Assembly (NCBI GenBank): GCA_965277275.1 | Contig: CBDICG010000002.1 | Location: forward strand, 2,322,850 to 2,386,849 | Source: Paracoccaceae bacterium | GTDB taxonomy: Bacteria > Pseudomonadota > Alphaproteobacteria > Rhodobacterales > Rhodobacteraceae | Reading direction: 5' to 3' | Length of the DNA: 64,000 nucleotides | The notes under the pieces: model-generated | Databases searched by the model: none | Told to the model about the DNA's origin: nothing | What the model saw: the letters and a program-made list of their open reading frames with translations, nothing else | Made by a program: the position numbers and the translations under genes | Shown: piece after piece, positions 19,232-28,244 of the stretch | Numbering within the stretch: the stretch's first letter is position 1 | Layout: every line of letters starts with the position of its first letter

Positions 19232-22200
19232 ATGGCCAAGTTTACAATGGTCGCCGACGGGTTCGTGCCCAAGAAGGTGAAGGTCGCGCAGGGGCTGAAG
19301 ACAGGCTATGCGCCGAAGTCAAAGCGCACCCGGTCCGGCCTGCTCTCGGTGATCGGCGACGACGAGCGCAGCCGGTTCACCGACACGCATCTTGCCCCCT
19401 GGCGCATGATCTGCTCGCTGCGCATTCACGCGGCCTCCGGCGCGGTCATGATCGGAACGGGCTGGCTGATCGGCCCGAGGACGGTGCTGACGGCTGGCCA
19501 CTGCATCGCGACCCGCGAGCACGGTGCCCATGCCCGGATCGAGGTGATGGCCGGGCGCAACGGAGACGTCTTTCCGTTCGATACGAGGGTCGTCGACCAT
19601 GGCCGCATGGAGGTGCATCCACGCTGGGCCAACGGCTTCGATCCGGATCGCGATGTCGGCGTGCTGCATCTTCCCGATGAGCTTGGGCGCGAGACGGGAT
19701 GGTTCGCCACGGCCACCCCGACAGACGGGGAGCTCGCAGGACTCTTGGTGAACGTCGCGGGCTACCCGGGCTCGATCGAGGTCGGGGGCAGGCGCACGCG
19801 CGTCAACGGGCGCGAGCTGTGGTGGCACGCGGACGCCATCGCGCGGTCCGACGCCGAGCGCATCTTCTACGCCACCGATACGAGCGGCGGGCAGAGCGGC
19901 GGCCCGGTCTGGACAGCGACCGATCAGGGCGGCGCTCCGATCGGGATTGCCGTTCATGCCTATGGCGCGACGCAGCTGCGTCTGCCGGGCGGGCTCGCCC
20001 CCGCCATGGCCAACTCCGCGCCCCGGATCGACGCGGATCTCGCGGACCGCATCACCGACTGGATCGCGCAGAGCCATGCCATGGCCGAGATGGCAGCTCC
20101 ACCCGCGCCTCCGCACGGCACTTTCGGGTCGGGCATAGCCTCGGGCGCCGGGGCAGGAAACGGCTCCGGTGGCAGGCAAGGCGGAGGAGGCGCCGGTGGA
20201 GGGAGCGGCGGCGGTGGCCATCCGCCAACGGGCGGCGGTGGCAACTCGGACGGCGGAGGCGGTCGCAGTGGCGGCGGCAGCGGCGGCGGCGATGGCGGCG
20301 GCGGCCCGATCGACATCACCGAGCTGATGCGCCGCGTCTCGGATCCCGACGTCCCCTGGTCCGAGGTGGCGCCCTATCTCGCAGAAGACGAGACCTTTTC
20401 GCAGCCCTTCTCCCCGCGCTATCGCCTGTCGCCCGGTCCGGGCCAGCCGGTGCCGGAATCGGCGGCCGCACTCGATTGGCTCAATGCCGCCATTCGCGCC
20501 CGGCGACGGCGCCAGTTCAACCGGGACACGCGGCGGCGCCCCGGGGACCGCCGGATTGTCACGGACGGCGATTCCTGGTTCCTCCACCCGCTCATCACCG
20601 AAACATGGGGCGTCCTGCGCCCCCGCTATCTCGCGCTGAGCCTCGATGGTGCGGGCGACCTGGTCGAGGATATCGCGCGGGAGCGGCACGCAATCGCCGC
20701 AGCCCGCGAGATCGGAGCGCTGGCCGTCGTCCTCAGTGGCGGCGGGAACGATGTTCTGGCCGGGGGCGCCCTCGAAGAGGTTCTGACCGTTGGCGATGGG
20801 CAGGACCCGCGGACCTACATTGATCTCGCCGCCTACCGCGCCAAGGTCGACGCGGTTGTCGACGATCTGGGCGGCTATGCCCGTGCGCTGCTGACCGGCA
20901 ACGTCGGTCTGCACGTCTTCATGCACGGCTATGACCGGCCCCGCCCGATGCCCGGAGGCAAATGGCTGGAACGCCCGATGCGCGACCGGGTGCCCCCCGC
21001 GCTTCAGGCGGGCGTTGTCGGCCACATGATCGACGTTTTCAACGACGCGGTGGCAGAGCTTGCCGCCGATCTTGGCAGCCGCGCGCACTACGTCAACATG
21101 CGCGGTGCCGCGCCGCATCCCTGGTACGATGAGATCCACCCGAGCGACGCTGGCTTCGTCGAAGTCGGTAACCGGATGGATGCCGCAATCCGTGCCGCCC
21201 TTGGCGAAGCGGCCCCGGAGTTCGCAGGCAGCGCGCTGCCGCCCCTCGCCCCGCACCTGATGCGCAACGTCGAGGACGCGGACGAGGCCGTCGCCCGCCG
21301 GCGCTATATCGCCCGGATGACGGAGGCGGGCCATCCCGTGCTTTCGGTGCGTCCACTGGGCATGCAGGGGCCGCAGCCCGAGAGCGTCGCGCGCGTGCCG
21401 GGCAGGGAGCGCGTCGTCCTGCCCGCTGGTACCATGGCGGCGACAGAGGGGCTGGACTTCGGCGACGATGTCGCTCTCGAAGTCGTTCTGGGCGCGCCGG
21501 ATTTCCTTGCCGCCCGGTTCCTGCGCGATGGCGCGGCGCGGGCCTCTGCCGTCTGCCGCGTGCGCCTGCCCGGCGGTTTCGGCTCCGGCTCGTTGCTAAG
21601 GGGCGACGTGATCCTGACCAACCACCACGTCCTGCCCGATGCAGCCACGGCGGCGCAGGCGATTGCGGAGTTCGACTTCGAGGAAGGCGGCACGCCGATC
21701 CCGGTGCGCCTCGAACCCGAGAGGCTCTTTATCGCAAGCGAGGGGCACGACTTCGCGCTGGTCGCCTGTGACGCGTCGGCGCTCGCCGGGGTAACCCCGA
21801 TCGATCTTCCGCTCGAGCCATCGGGGATCGTCGAGGGCGCGCCGGTCAACATCATCCAGCACCCCGCCGGACGCCAGAAAGAGGTCGCGCTGCGCAACAA
21901 CGACGTGCTCTCTGTCCTCTCCGGCACCATGCGCTATCGCACGGATACGGAGGGTGGCTCCTCCGGCTCGCCGGTGTTCGACGATTCCTGGCGGCTCGTG
22001 GCGCTGCACCGTGCCGGTCTGGCGGGCGCCTTCAACCAGGCGGTGCGGATCGAGGCGATTGCCGGGTTCCTCGAGGCGCGCCTCGCCAACGGCGACATCG
22101 CGAACGCCACGCTCCTGCGCCAGGTCCTGCAGGGAACGGCGCCGGAGCTTGGGTTCTTCGGGCGGGCCGGGGCTTTCGACACGCTCACGCCCGAAGTCGA

Positions 22201-23146
22201 GCTCCCGAGTTTCACGGGAGACGGCGTTTTCGCGGATGTCGGGTTCTGGAACATCCAGGATTTCTTTGGCGACCCCTCGGAGGCGCGCATACGCCGCGTG
22301 GCCGAGCTGCTGACCGACATGAACATGGATGGGATGGGCCTGATGGAAGTGTCCGAGGCGCCTGTTCGGGCTCTGGCGGCGCGGATGAACGCGATGGGCG
22401 GCAATGTCGGCGTGCTGGCGTTCGACACCGCCGGGACGCGGGACCACGCGTTGCTCTTTGACCGCGACACCACCACCGTGCGCCTGATGCGGGAGGTGCT
22501 GGATCGCCATGCCGGTTTGATCGGAGAGCGCATCCAGGGCCGGCTTGTCTTCCCGCGTGAACCGCTCATCGCGGAGGTGCATGTCGGAGACGCCCGCTTC
22601 GTGATGATCGTGGTGCATCTGAAATCCAAGGCCGGCAGCAACAAGCCCTTGTCAGAACGCCGCCGCCGCCGCGCCGCCGAGATCCTGACGATGATCGTCG
22701 ACGATATCCGCACGGATACGGGCCTGCCCGTGGTCATTGGCGGCGATTTCAACGAGGCGCTCGATACCGATGTGCTGTCGAGCCTCACGGATGCGCCCGG
22801 CCACATGACCCTCACCGCGGATGACCACGAGGATGGGGCCATCACGCTGCTCAACCCACGGTTCGCCTCGCTGATCGACCACGTGATCGTGGCCGGTGAC
22901 CTGCAGCTTGGCGACATCGAGGATGACGACCTCGCCATCGTGCGGTTCGACCGCTCGATCTCGGATTTCGTCGACACGCTCTCGGATCATACACCGCTGG
23001 TGATGCGCGTCGTGATGCGGGACGAGGCGGTGCCCCGCCAAGTGCCGGGCGATGGCGCAGGCGGATCCGCTGGCGGCGGCGGCGAAGCGCCCGACGCGAT
23101 CGACATTCCGCAGGGCGCGAGCGCAGTCCGGGTCAGCTTCGACTAG
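19232..23146 (+). CDS. Multidomain protein: V8-like trypsin / Gly-rich linker / SGNH hydrolase / trypsin / EEP nuclease-phosphatase
   Basis: LTAGHC..DVGVL..TSGGQSGGP; GDSWF..GGGND..DEIHP; TNHHV..DFAL..TEGGSSGSP; WNIQ..MEV..VHLKS..GGDFNE..IDH..LSDH. Strong GAGAGGAG RBS. Confidence 0.88.
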   Translation: MAKFTMVADGFVPKKVKVAQGLKTGYAPKSKRTRSGLLSVIGDDERSRFTDTHLAPWRMICSLRIHAASGAVMIGTGWLIGPRTVLTAGHCIATREHGAHARIEVMAGRNGDVFPFDTRVVDHGRMEVHPRWANGFDPDRDVGVLHLPDELGRETGWFATATPTDGELAGLLVNVAGYPGSIEVGGRRTRVNGRELWWHADAIARSDAERIFYATDTSGGQSGGPVWTATDQGGAPIGIAVHAYGATQLRLPGGLAPAMANSAPRIDADLADRITDWIAQSHAMAEMAAPPAPPHGTFGSGIASGAGAGNGSGGRQGGGGAGGGSGGGGHPPTGGGGNSDGGGGRSGGGSGGGDGGGGPIDITELMRRVSDPDVPWSEVAPYLAEDETFSQPFSPRYRLSPGPGQPVPESAAALDWLNAAIRARRRRQFNRDTRRRPGDRRIVTDGDSWFLHPLITETWGVLRPRYLALSLDGAGDLVEDIARERHAIAAAREIGALAVVLSGGGNDVLAGGALEEVLTVGDGQDPRTYIDLAAYRAKVDAVVDDLGGYARALLTGNVGLHVFMHGYDRPRPMPGGKWLERPMRDRVPPALQAGVVGHMIDVFNDAVAELAADLGSRAHYVNMRGAAPHPWYDEIHPSDAGFVEVGNRMDAAIRAALGEAAPEFAGSALPPLAPHLMRNVEDADEAVARRRYIARMTEAGHPVLSVRPLGMQGPQPESVARVPGRERVVLPAGTMAATEGLDFGDDVALEVVLGAPDFLAARFLRDGAARASAVCRVRLPGGFGSGSLLRGDVILTNHHVLPDAATAAQAIAEFDFEEGGTPIPVRLEPERLFIASEGHDFALVACDASALAGVTPIDLPLEPSGIVEGAPVNIIQHPAGRQKEVALRNNDVLSVLSGTMRYRTDTEGGSSGSPVFDDSWRLVALHRAGLAGAFNQAVRIEAIAGFLEARLANGDIANATLLRQVLQGTAPELGFFGRAGAFDTLTPEVELPSFTGDGVFADVGFWNIQDFFGDPSEARIRRVAELLTDMNMDGMGLMEVSEAPVRALAARMNAMGGNVGVLAFDTAGTRDHALLFDRDTTTVRLMREVLDRHAGLIGERIQGRLVFPREPLIAEVHVGDARFVMIVVHLKSKAGSNKPLSERRRRRAAEILTMIVDDIRTDTGLPVVIGGDFNEALDTDVLSSLTDAPGHMTLTADDHEDGAITLLNPRFASLIDHVIVAGDLQLGDIEDDDLAIVRFDRSISDFVDTLSDHTPLVMRVVMRDEAVPRQVPGDGAGGSAGGGGEAPDAIDIPQGASAVRVSFD

Positions 23147-23240
23147 CGATGAGGGGCCGCGCGCGGGCGCGGCTCATGCCGCCCACAGGGCATCCCACCC
23201 GCCGAGTGTCGGGGGAATGCGCCACACAGGGAGAGATGAC

Positions 23241-24680
23241 ATGGCCGGAACCAGAAAAGACATCGCCACGCTCGGCGGGGATTGGCCGGATGAGCTTTTA
23301 TGGTACGCGCGCGCCGTCGCAGAGCTGCGCACGCGGCCTCTGACAGACCGCACAAGCTGGGCCTATCTTGCCGCGCTGCATGGGTTGAACGGGGAGGGCT
23401 GGATCGATCAGGGGATCCTTCCCCAGAACACCCCGGCCCCGCCTCCCAACGAAATGCAGCTGATGTTCAACCAGTGCCAGCATGCCGGGTGGTTCTTCCT
23501 GCCGTGGCATCGCGGCTATCTTGCGGCGTTCGAGGCGATCCTCGGCGGCTGGATCGCCCAGCAGGGCGGGCCGCAGGATTGGGCCTTGCCCTACTGGAAC
23601 TATCTCTCCGATGCCCCGGGCGCGCGGGATCTTCCTCCCGCATTCCGCGATGCGACCCTGCCCGACGGAACGCCGAACGCGCTGGCCCGGGCCGTCCGTG
23701 GGCCAGCCACCACGCTTGGCCCGCTGCCCTGGACGGATTCCCGGGATATCACCTTGGCATCCCAGACCGCCGAGGCCTTTTACACATCGGATCCGGGGGG
23801 GCTCGGGTATGGCGGTCCGATCAGCGGCTTTGCCTCGCAGGGGAACGCCTTTGGCGCGGTGGAGAATGATCCCCACAACCTTGTCCACGTGATGATCGGC
23901 GGCGGGACAGCGCAGGGTCAGCAGGCAGGCTGGATGCTCGATCCCGACTTTGCCGCCCTCGATCCGGTGTTCTGGGTGCATCACTGCAATATCGACAGGC
24001 TCTGGGCGGCCTGGATGACCGACCCGACACATGTGCAGGAAGTCTCTGCCGCCTGGGGCAATGGCCCGTTTCCCCGCCGCTTTGCTATGCCCTCCGCCGA
24101 TGGCTCCGGGATCGAGACATTCGCGCCCGAAGAAACGTTGCCCAACGGGGCGCTGGCGCCCGATTATGACGATCTCACAGCGGGCACGGGCATCCTGCCC
24201 GCCCCCGAGATCGCTGCCGCCGCCCCGCCTGCCCGCCCTCCTGCGCCGCTGCTGATCGGTGCAAACGATGCGCCGCTCACCGTGGACGCCGAAGCCCGGA
24301 CAACCCAGCTCGCCCTGCGGCGCGCGCCCGTCCCCGAGCTTGCGTCCGCCGTGCCCGCGCGCGTGTTCCTCAGTGTCGAAGGGGTACGCGGCCAAGCCCC
24401 GAGCGGCGTGCTGCGCGTCTCGGTCTCCGCGCCGGGCGGCGAGGAAGCGTTTCGCACCGCCATCGCCTTCTTCGGCCTCGGCAAGGCCTCCCGGACAGAC
24501 GGCAGCCATGCGGGCAACGGTCTTGCCGCGACGGTCGATGTCTCGGCCGAGCTGGGCGCCCTCCTGGCCGAGGGCGGCGCGGCGCTCGATGCGCTCGACC
24601 TGGCCCTGGTGAGGCCAACCGATGGAGAGCCGCCGATCACGGTGGATCGTATCAGCCTGCACACCCAGCCGGGCGCCTGA
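23241..24680 (+). CDS. Tyrosinase (type-3 copper protein) with C-terminal extension domain
   Basis: CuA: ALHG..CQH..FFLPWHR. CuB: PHNLVH..DPVFWVHHCNIDRLW. No signal peptide. Confidence 0.92.
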   Translation: MAGTRKDIATLGGDWPDELLWYARAVAELRTRPLTDRTSWAYLAALHGLNGEGWIDQGILPQNTPAPPPNEMQLMFNQCQHAGWFFLPWHRGYLAAFEAILGGWIAQQGGPQDWALPYWNYLSDAPGARDLPPAFRDATLPDGTPNALARAVRGPATTLGPLPWTDSRDITLASQTAEAFYTSDPGGLGYGGPISGFASQGNAFGAVENDPHNLVHVMIGGGTAQGQQAGWMLDPDFAALDPVFWVHHCNIDRLWAAWMTDPTHVQEVSAAWGNGPFPRRFAMPSADGSGIETFAPEETLPNGALAPDYDDLTAGTGILPAPEIAAAAPPARPPAPLLIGANDAPLTVDAEARTTQLALRRAPVPELASAVPARVFLSVEGVRGQAPSGVLRVSVSAPGGEEAFRTAIAFFGLGKASRTDGSHAGNGLAATVDVSAELGALLAEGGAALDALDLALVRPTDGEPPITVDRISLHTQPGA

Positions 24681-24681
24681 G

Positions 24682-25455
24682 ATGCGCAGCGCGCGCGCCG
24701 CGTGGGCCCAGCTGCGGACCGGTCCGCTGCCCGTGCTGCTGATCCTCAGCCTCCTTGGCTTCATCGCGCTCGGGGTCATTCCCGGCGCCGCGGCCGCCGC
24801 CGTATGCGGGAGCCTGCGCCTCGCCGATCTGTGGTCCCTCGGTGGGCCGGCGCTCACGGGGGTGAGCCCTGCATCCGTAGCGCTCGACTGGGGGGTCATG
24901 GTCGTCGCGATGATGAGCGTCGTGATCACGCCGCAGGTGGCCCATGTCCTGCGCCTGAGCCCTCCGCGTGCCCGGGGTGCCGCGGCGGCCTCCGTCTATC
25001 TCGGCTTCCTGTCCGTCTGGCTTCTGGCGGGGGCGCTCCTGCTGCCGCTCGGGATGCTCCATGTCCAGACAGCGCCCGGTGGCCTTGCGCCGCTTCTGGC
25101 GGTCGGGTTCGCGCTTGTCTGGAGCGCCTCTCCTCCGGCACAGGCCGCGCGCAACCGGTGTCACCGGCTTGGCCGGGTCGGCGGGTTCGGGCCACGCGCG
25201 AGGTGGGACAACGCGCGGATCGGCATCCGCACCGGCCTCTGGTGCGTTGCCGCATGCTGGCCGGTCATGCTCATCCCGCTCACGATCGGCGGGGCAGCGC
25301 ATGTGCCCGCGATGGCCATTGCCGCGCTCTATCTCCTGCTGGAGCGGATCGGGCCCCCGGCCCCTGTCCGCTGGAGCCTTCCCCCCGTGATCTCGCTCGT
25401 CCGGCAGGCCCTCCTGCCCGTTGCAAGAGTCCGCCGCACCAGCCGCGCCATCTGA
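24682..25455 (+). CDS. DUF2182-like putative metal-binding integral membrane protein
   Basis: DWGVMVVAMM, ARNRCH, GLWCVAACWPVM, HVPAMA..LLER; several TM segments; 1 bp after the tyrosinase. Confidence 0.8.
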   Translation: MRSARAAWAQLRTGPLPVLLILSLLGFIALGVIPGAAAAAVCGSLRLADLWSLGGPALTGVSPASVALDWGVMVVAMMSVVITPQVAHVLRLSPPRARGAAAASVYLGFLSVWLLAGALLLPLGMLHVQTAPGGLAPLLAVGFALVWSASPPAQAARNRCHRLGRVGGFGPRARWDNARIGIRTGLWCVAACWPVMLIPLTIGGAAHVPAMAIAALYLLLERIGPPAPVRWSLPPVISLVRQALLPVARVRRTSRAI

Positions 25456-25589
25456 AAAGCCGCAATGCCGTGCTCCCACGGCGCGCGCATTGCCCAACCC
25501 CGGCCACCGCACAGCCCGCTTCATCTTCTGTTCCCACCGCCTCACCGCGCCTGGATCTGCGGGGGGCAGTCCGCGAATGTCTTCCTGCG

Positions 25590-25604
25590 TTAACCGAGGC
25601 TTAC
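25590..25604 (+). promoter_or_regulatory. CtrA-like site with one mismatch, TTAA-N7-TTAC
   Basis: TTAA ccgaggc TTAC about 50 bp upstream of the Hint/RTX gene. Confidence 0.4.
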
Positions 25605-25655
25605 GAGGTCGCGCGTAAGGTCCATGCCACCGCCCCCGATCCGGAGCCGACTGGC

Positions 25656-27581
25656 ATGCCGCTCTACCTGTTTTCCGGCTATGCGCCGAGCGATTTTCAG
25701 ACCATCCAAGGCTCGACGCCGGGCAGCCAAGCGTCAAAAATGTTGCGCGTACCCGACGACACGACGCACGCCTTCGAGGTCAACGATGACGACGGGATGC
25801 TATCGGGATCCGGCGGGTCGGTCAGGACCGCGGGCGATACAAACCAGAAAGCCAGTGTCTACCAGGGCAATGCCGCCGCCGCCTCAGGCACAGTGTATGT
25901 ACAAAGTGTTATGTCCTTCGAAGATCAGGCTGGCACGCCCCACAAGGCCTACCTTGTGGGGATCGAGGAGAGCGGCGAACGCTTTTATGTCTTCGAAGCG
26001 CCGCCACCGGCGGGTGGAACGGATCTCACGGTCATCTCGTCGTCCCCACCTCCGAGCGAGGGCGTCGCCTATTCCGCCCTTGCCGGCAACGACATCCGCG
26101 ATTCGGACGCGCGGCCCGCCACGGATGCCTCGGGGAACGAGTACATTGCATCCGGCTCCGGGGATGACGCGCTCACCACGCGCGGCGGAAACGACACCGT
26201 CGACGCAGGGGAAGGGAACGATACCGTCACCGCCGGAGACGGCGACGACAGCATCGAAGGCGGGGCAGGCAACGATTCGCTCGACGGCGGCGCCGGGAAC
26301 GACACGCTCTCGGGGGGAGCAGGCAATGACACGCTCCATGGCGACGCCGGCAACGACCAGATCGACGGCGGCGCGGGCAGCGACATCATCTATGGCGGCG
26401 AGGGCAACGACACCCTCGCTGGCAACGAGGGCACCGATTGTCTGCGCGGGGATGCCGGCAACGACGTCATCTTCGGCGGCGCCGGGGACGACGCCGCGAC
26501 CGGAGGGGCAGGCAACGATACGCTCTACGGCAACGACGGGGCGGATGTTCTCTATGGCGGCGACGGCGACGACTTCCTGATCGGGGACGGTGGCAACGGC
26601 GAAACCGGGAACGATACGCTGATCGGTGAAGCCGGAGATGACACGCTGTTCGGTCAGGGCGGCGATGACGTCATGACCGGTGGAAGCGGCAACGACTTCT
26701 TCCTTGTCAGCGCGGGCAACGACACGATCACGGATTTCAACGGGGGCAATACCGGATCGATCGATGACCGCGACCTGATGAACAACGACTTCGTCAACTT
26801 GTCGACTTACTACGACAACCTCAGCCAGGTGCGCGCCGACCACGCCGATGACGGCGTCCTGAACCAGTCAAACACGTCTGACAGCCACGGAAACGCGGTC
26901 GATTACTCGGATAACACCCAGTTCGGGGCCTCTTCCCTGACAATGCAGGGCGCAACTTCGCAAAGCTTTACCTACGACACCACGGGGCTGGAGTGCTTTG
27001 CGTCGGACACCCTTATCGACACGCCGAAAGGTGCGGTGCGGGCAGGGGCGCTCCGTCCAGGGGATCTCGTGACGACGCTCGATCATGGGCCTCAGCCGCT
27101 CCTGTGGGTCGGGGTGCGCCGGCTGGAGGGGCATCACCTCAGGGGCAACGTCAGGCGCCGTCCTGTCCTTGTCCGGCAAGGGGTGCTGGGCGCCCGCCGC
27201 GATCTCTTCGTGTCGCGCCAGCACGGGCTGGTTGTCGGCGATAACCTCTCCCGCGCGATCCACCTCTGCCGGACGATGAAAGGGGTGCGTATCGCCCATG
27301 GCAAGCGGCACGTCACCTACGTGCATCTCCTGTTCGAGCGCCATCAGATCGTCATATCCGAGGGCGTGCCGAGCGAGAGCTTCTATCCCGGGCCGAGCGC
27401 GCTCCGGACAATGGCCCCCGAGGCGCGCCGCGCGGTGCTGCGGCTCTTGCCGGGTCTGGATCGCCCCGAGGCCACGACCGGTTTCGCGGTGGTGCGCGCG
27501 GTCTACGGCCCCACGGCGCGGCCCTTTGCGCCGCCCCGGCGGGCTGCCGCCGAGCGGCCCGCCCTCGACATCGCCTCCTAG
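25656..27581 (+). CDS. RTX Ca-binding repeat protein with C-terminal Hint (bacterial intein-like) domain
   Basis: Many GGAGNDxL nonapeptides; ECFASDTLIDTPKG..GDLVTTLDHG..YVHLLFERHQIVISEGVPSESFYPG. ATG after GGAG. Confidence 0.92.
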   Translation: MPLYLFSGYAPSDFQTIQGSTPGSQASKMLRVPDDTTHAFEVNDDDGMLSGSGGSVRTAGDTNQKASVYQGNAAAASGTVYVQSVMSFEDQAGTPHKAYLVGIEESGERFYVFEAPPPAGGTDLTVISSSPPPSEGVAYSALAGNDIRDSDARPATDASGNEYIASGSGDDALTTRGGNDTVDAGEGNDTVTAGDGDDSIEGGAGNDSLDGGAGNDTLSGGAGNDTLHGDAGNDQIDGGAGSDIIYGGEGNDTLAGNEGTDCLRGDAGNDVIFGGAGDDAATGGAGNDTLYGNDGADVLYGGDGDDFLIGDGGNGETGNDTLIGEAGDDTLFGQGGDDVMTGGSGNDFFLVSAGNDTITDFNGGNTGSIDDRDLMNNDFVNLSTYYDNLSQVRADHADDGVLNQSNTSDSHGNAVDYSDNTQFGASSLTMQGATSQSFTYDTTGLECFASDTLIDTPKGAVRAGALRPGDLVTTLDHGPQPLLWVGVRRLEGHHLRGNVRRRPVLVRQGVLGARRDLFVSRQHGLVVGDNLSRAIHLCRTMKGVRIAHGKRHVTYVHLLFERHQIVISEGVPSESFYPGPSALRTMAPEARRAVLRLLPGLDRPEATTGFAVVRAVYGPTARPFAPPRRAAAERPALDIAS

Positions 27582-28244
27582 GGCTCCCCGCCACCTTTCC
27601 CCGCCGGATCCACCCATCTCCGCTCTTGGTCGGTCTCAGCCAGACCCGCGCAACTGGGCGCGATCGCGCATGGTGCTCATACGCCGGAGTGAAGGCACCG
27701 TGGCCCGGAAATCCCTGTAGGACCATGCCCGTGCCATCCTCCCATCATGGCGGAGCGTAGCGCTCCGCCGAATGCGCAAGAGTAGGCCCCGGCGGCGCGC
27801 TTGAGCGGCGCACGAGATCCATGGGCGCACGTGCTGGATGCGGGTGGTTCGCGTTGTGCGTCCGCGATGCGGTGCGGGGTCGTGGCACAGAGCGCGCGGC
27901 AGGGCCCTGCTCGGGCAAGGCCGCAAGCGGGGCAGACCCCTTATGCCCGCAGGCGGTCGCAGATCGAAACGCGGGGCAGCCTTGCCGGAATGCCGCGCCC
28001 ACCCCGTCGCGACCATTGACGCAGCAAGTGCCGGTGATACCACCCCGAAGGCGTGCAAGGGCATGCTGTCCTTCGGGGACGCCCTGTTCGGGCGCGTGCG
28101 CGACCGGACCACGATCTGCCAGGGGAACGAAACGGTGCTCTTGAACGCGATCCATCCCAGCCAGCGCAAGCATCCCCTGCGGGACGCTTGCACCCGTACG
28201 CGCCCGGTTTTCCGGCGCGCGCCCCTGACCGGGGAAGACCCGGC

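Noticed and set aside
24702-25655. 959-aa version of the Hint protein
   Set aside because: The first 318 codons overlap the DUF2182 gene out of frame; a start at 25656 has an RBS.
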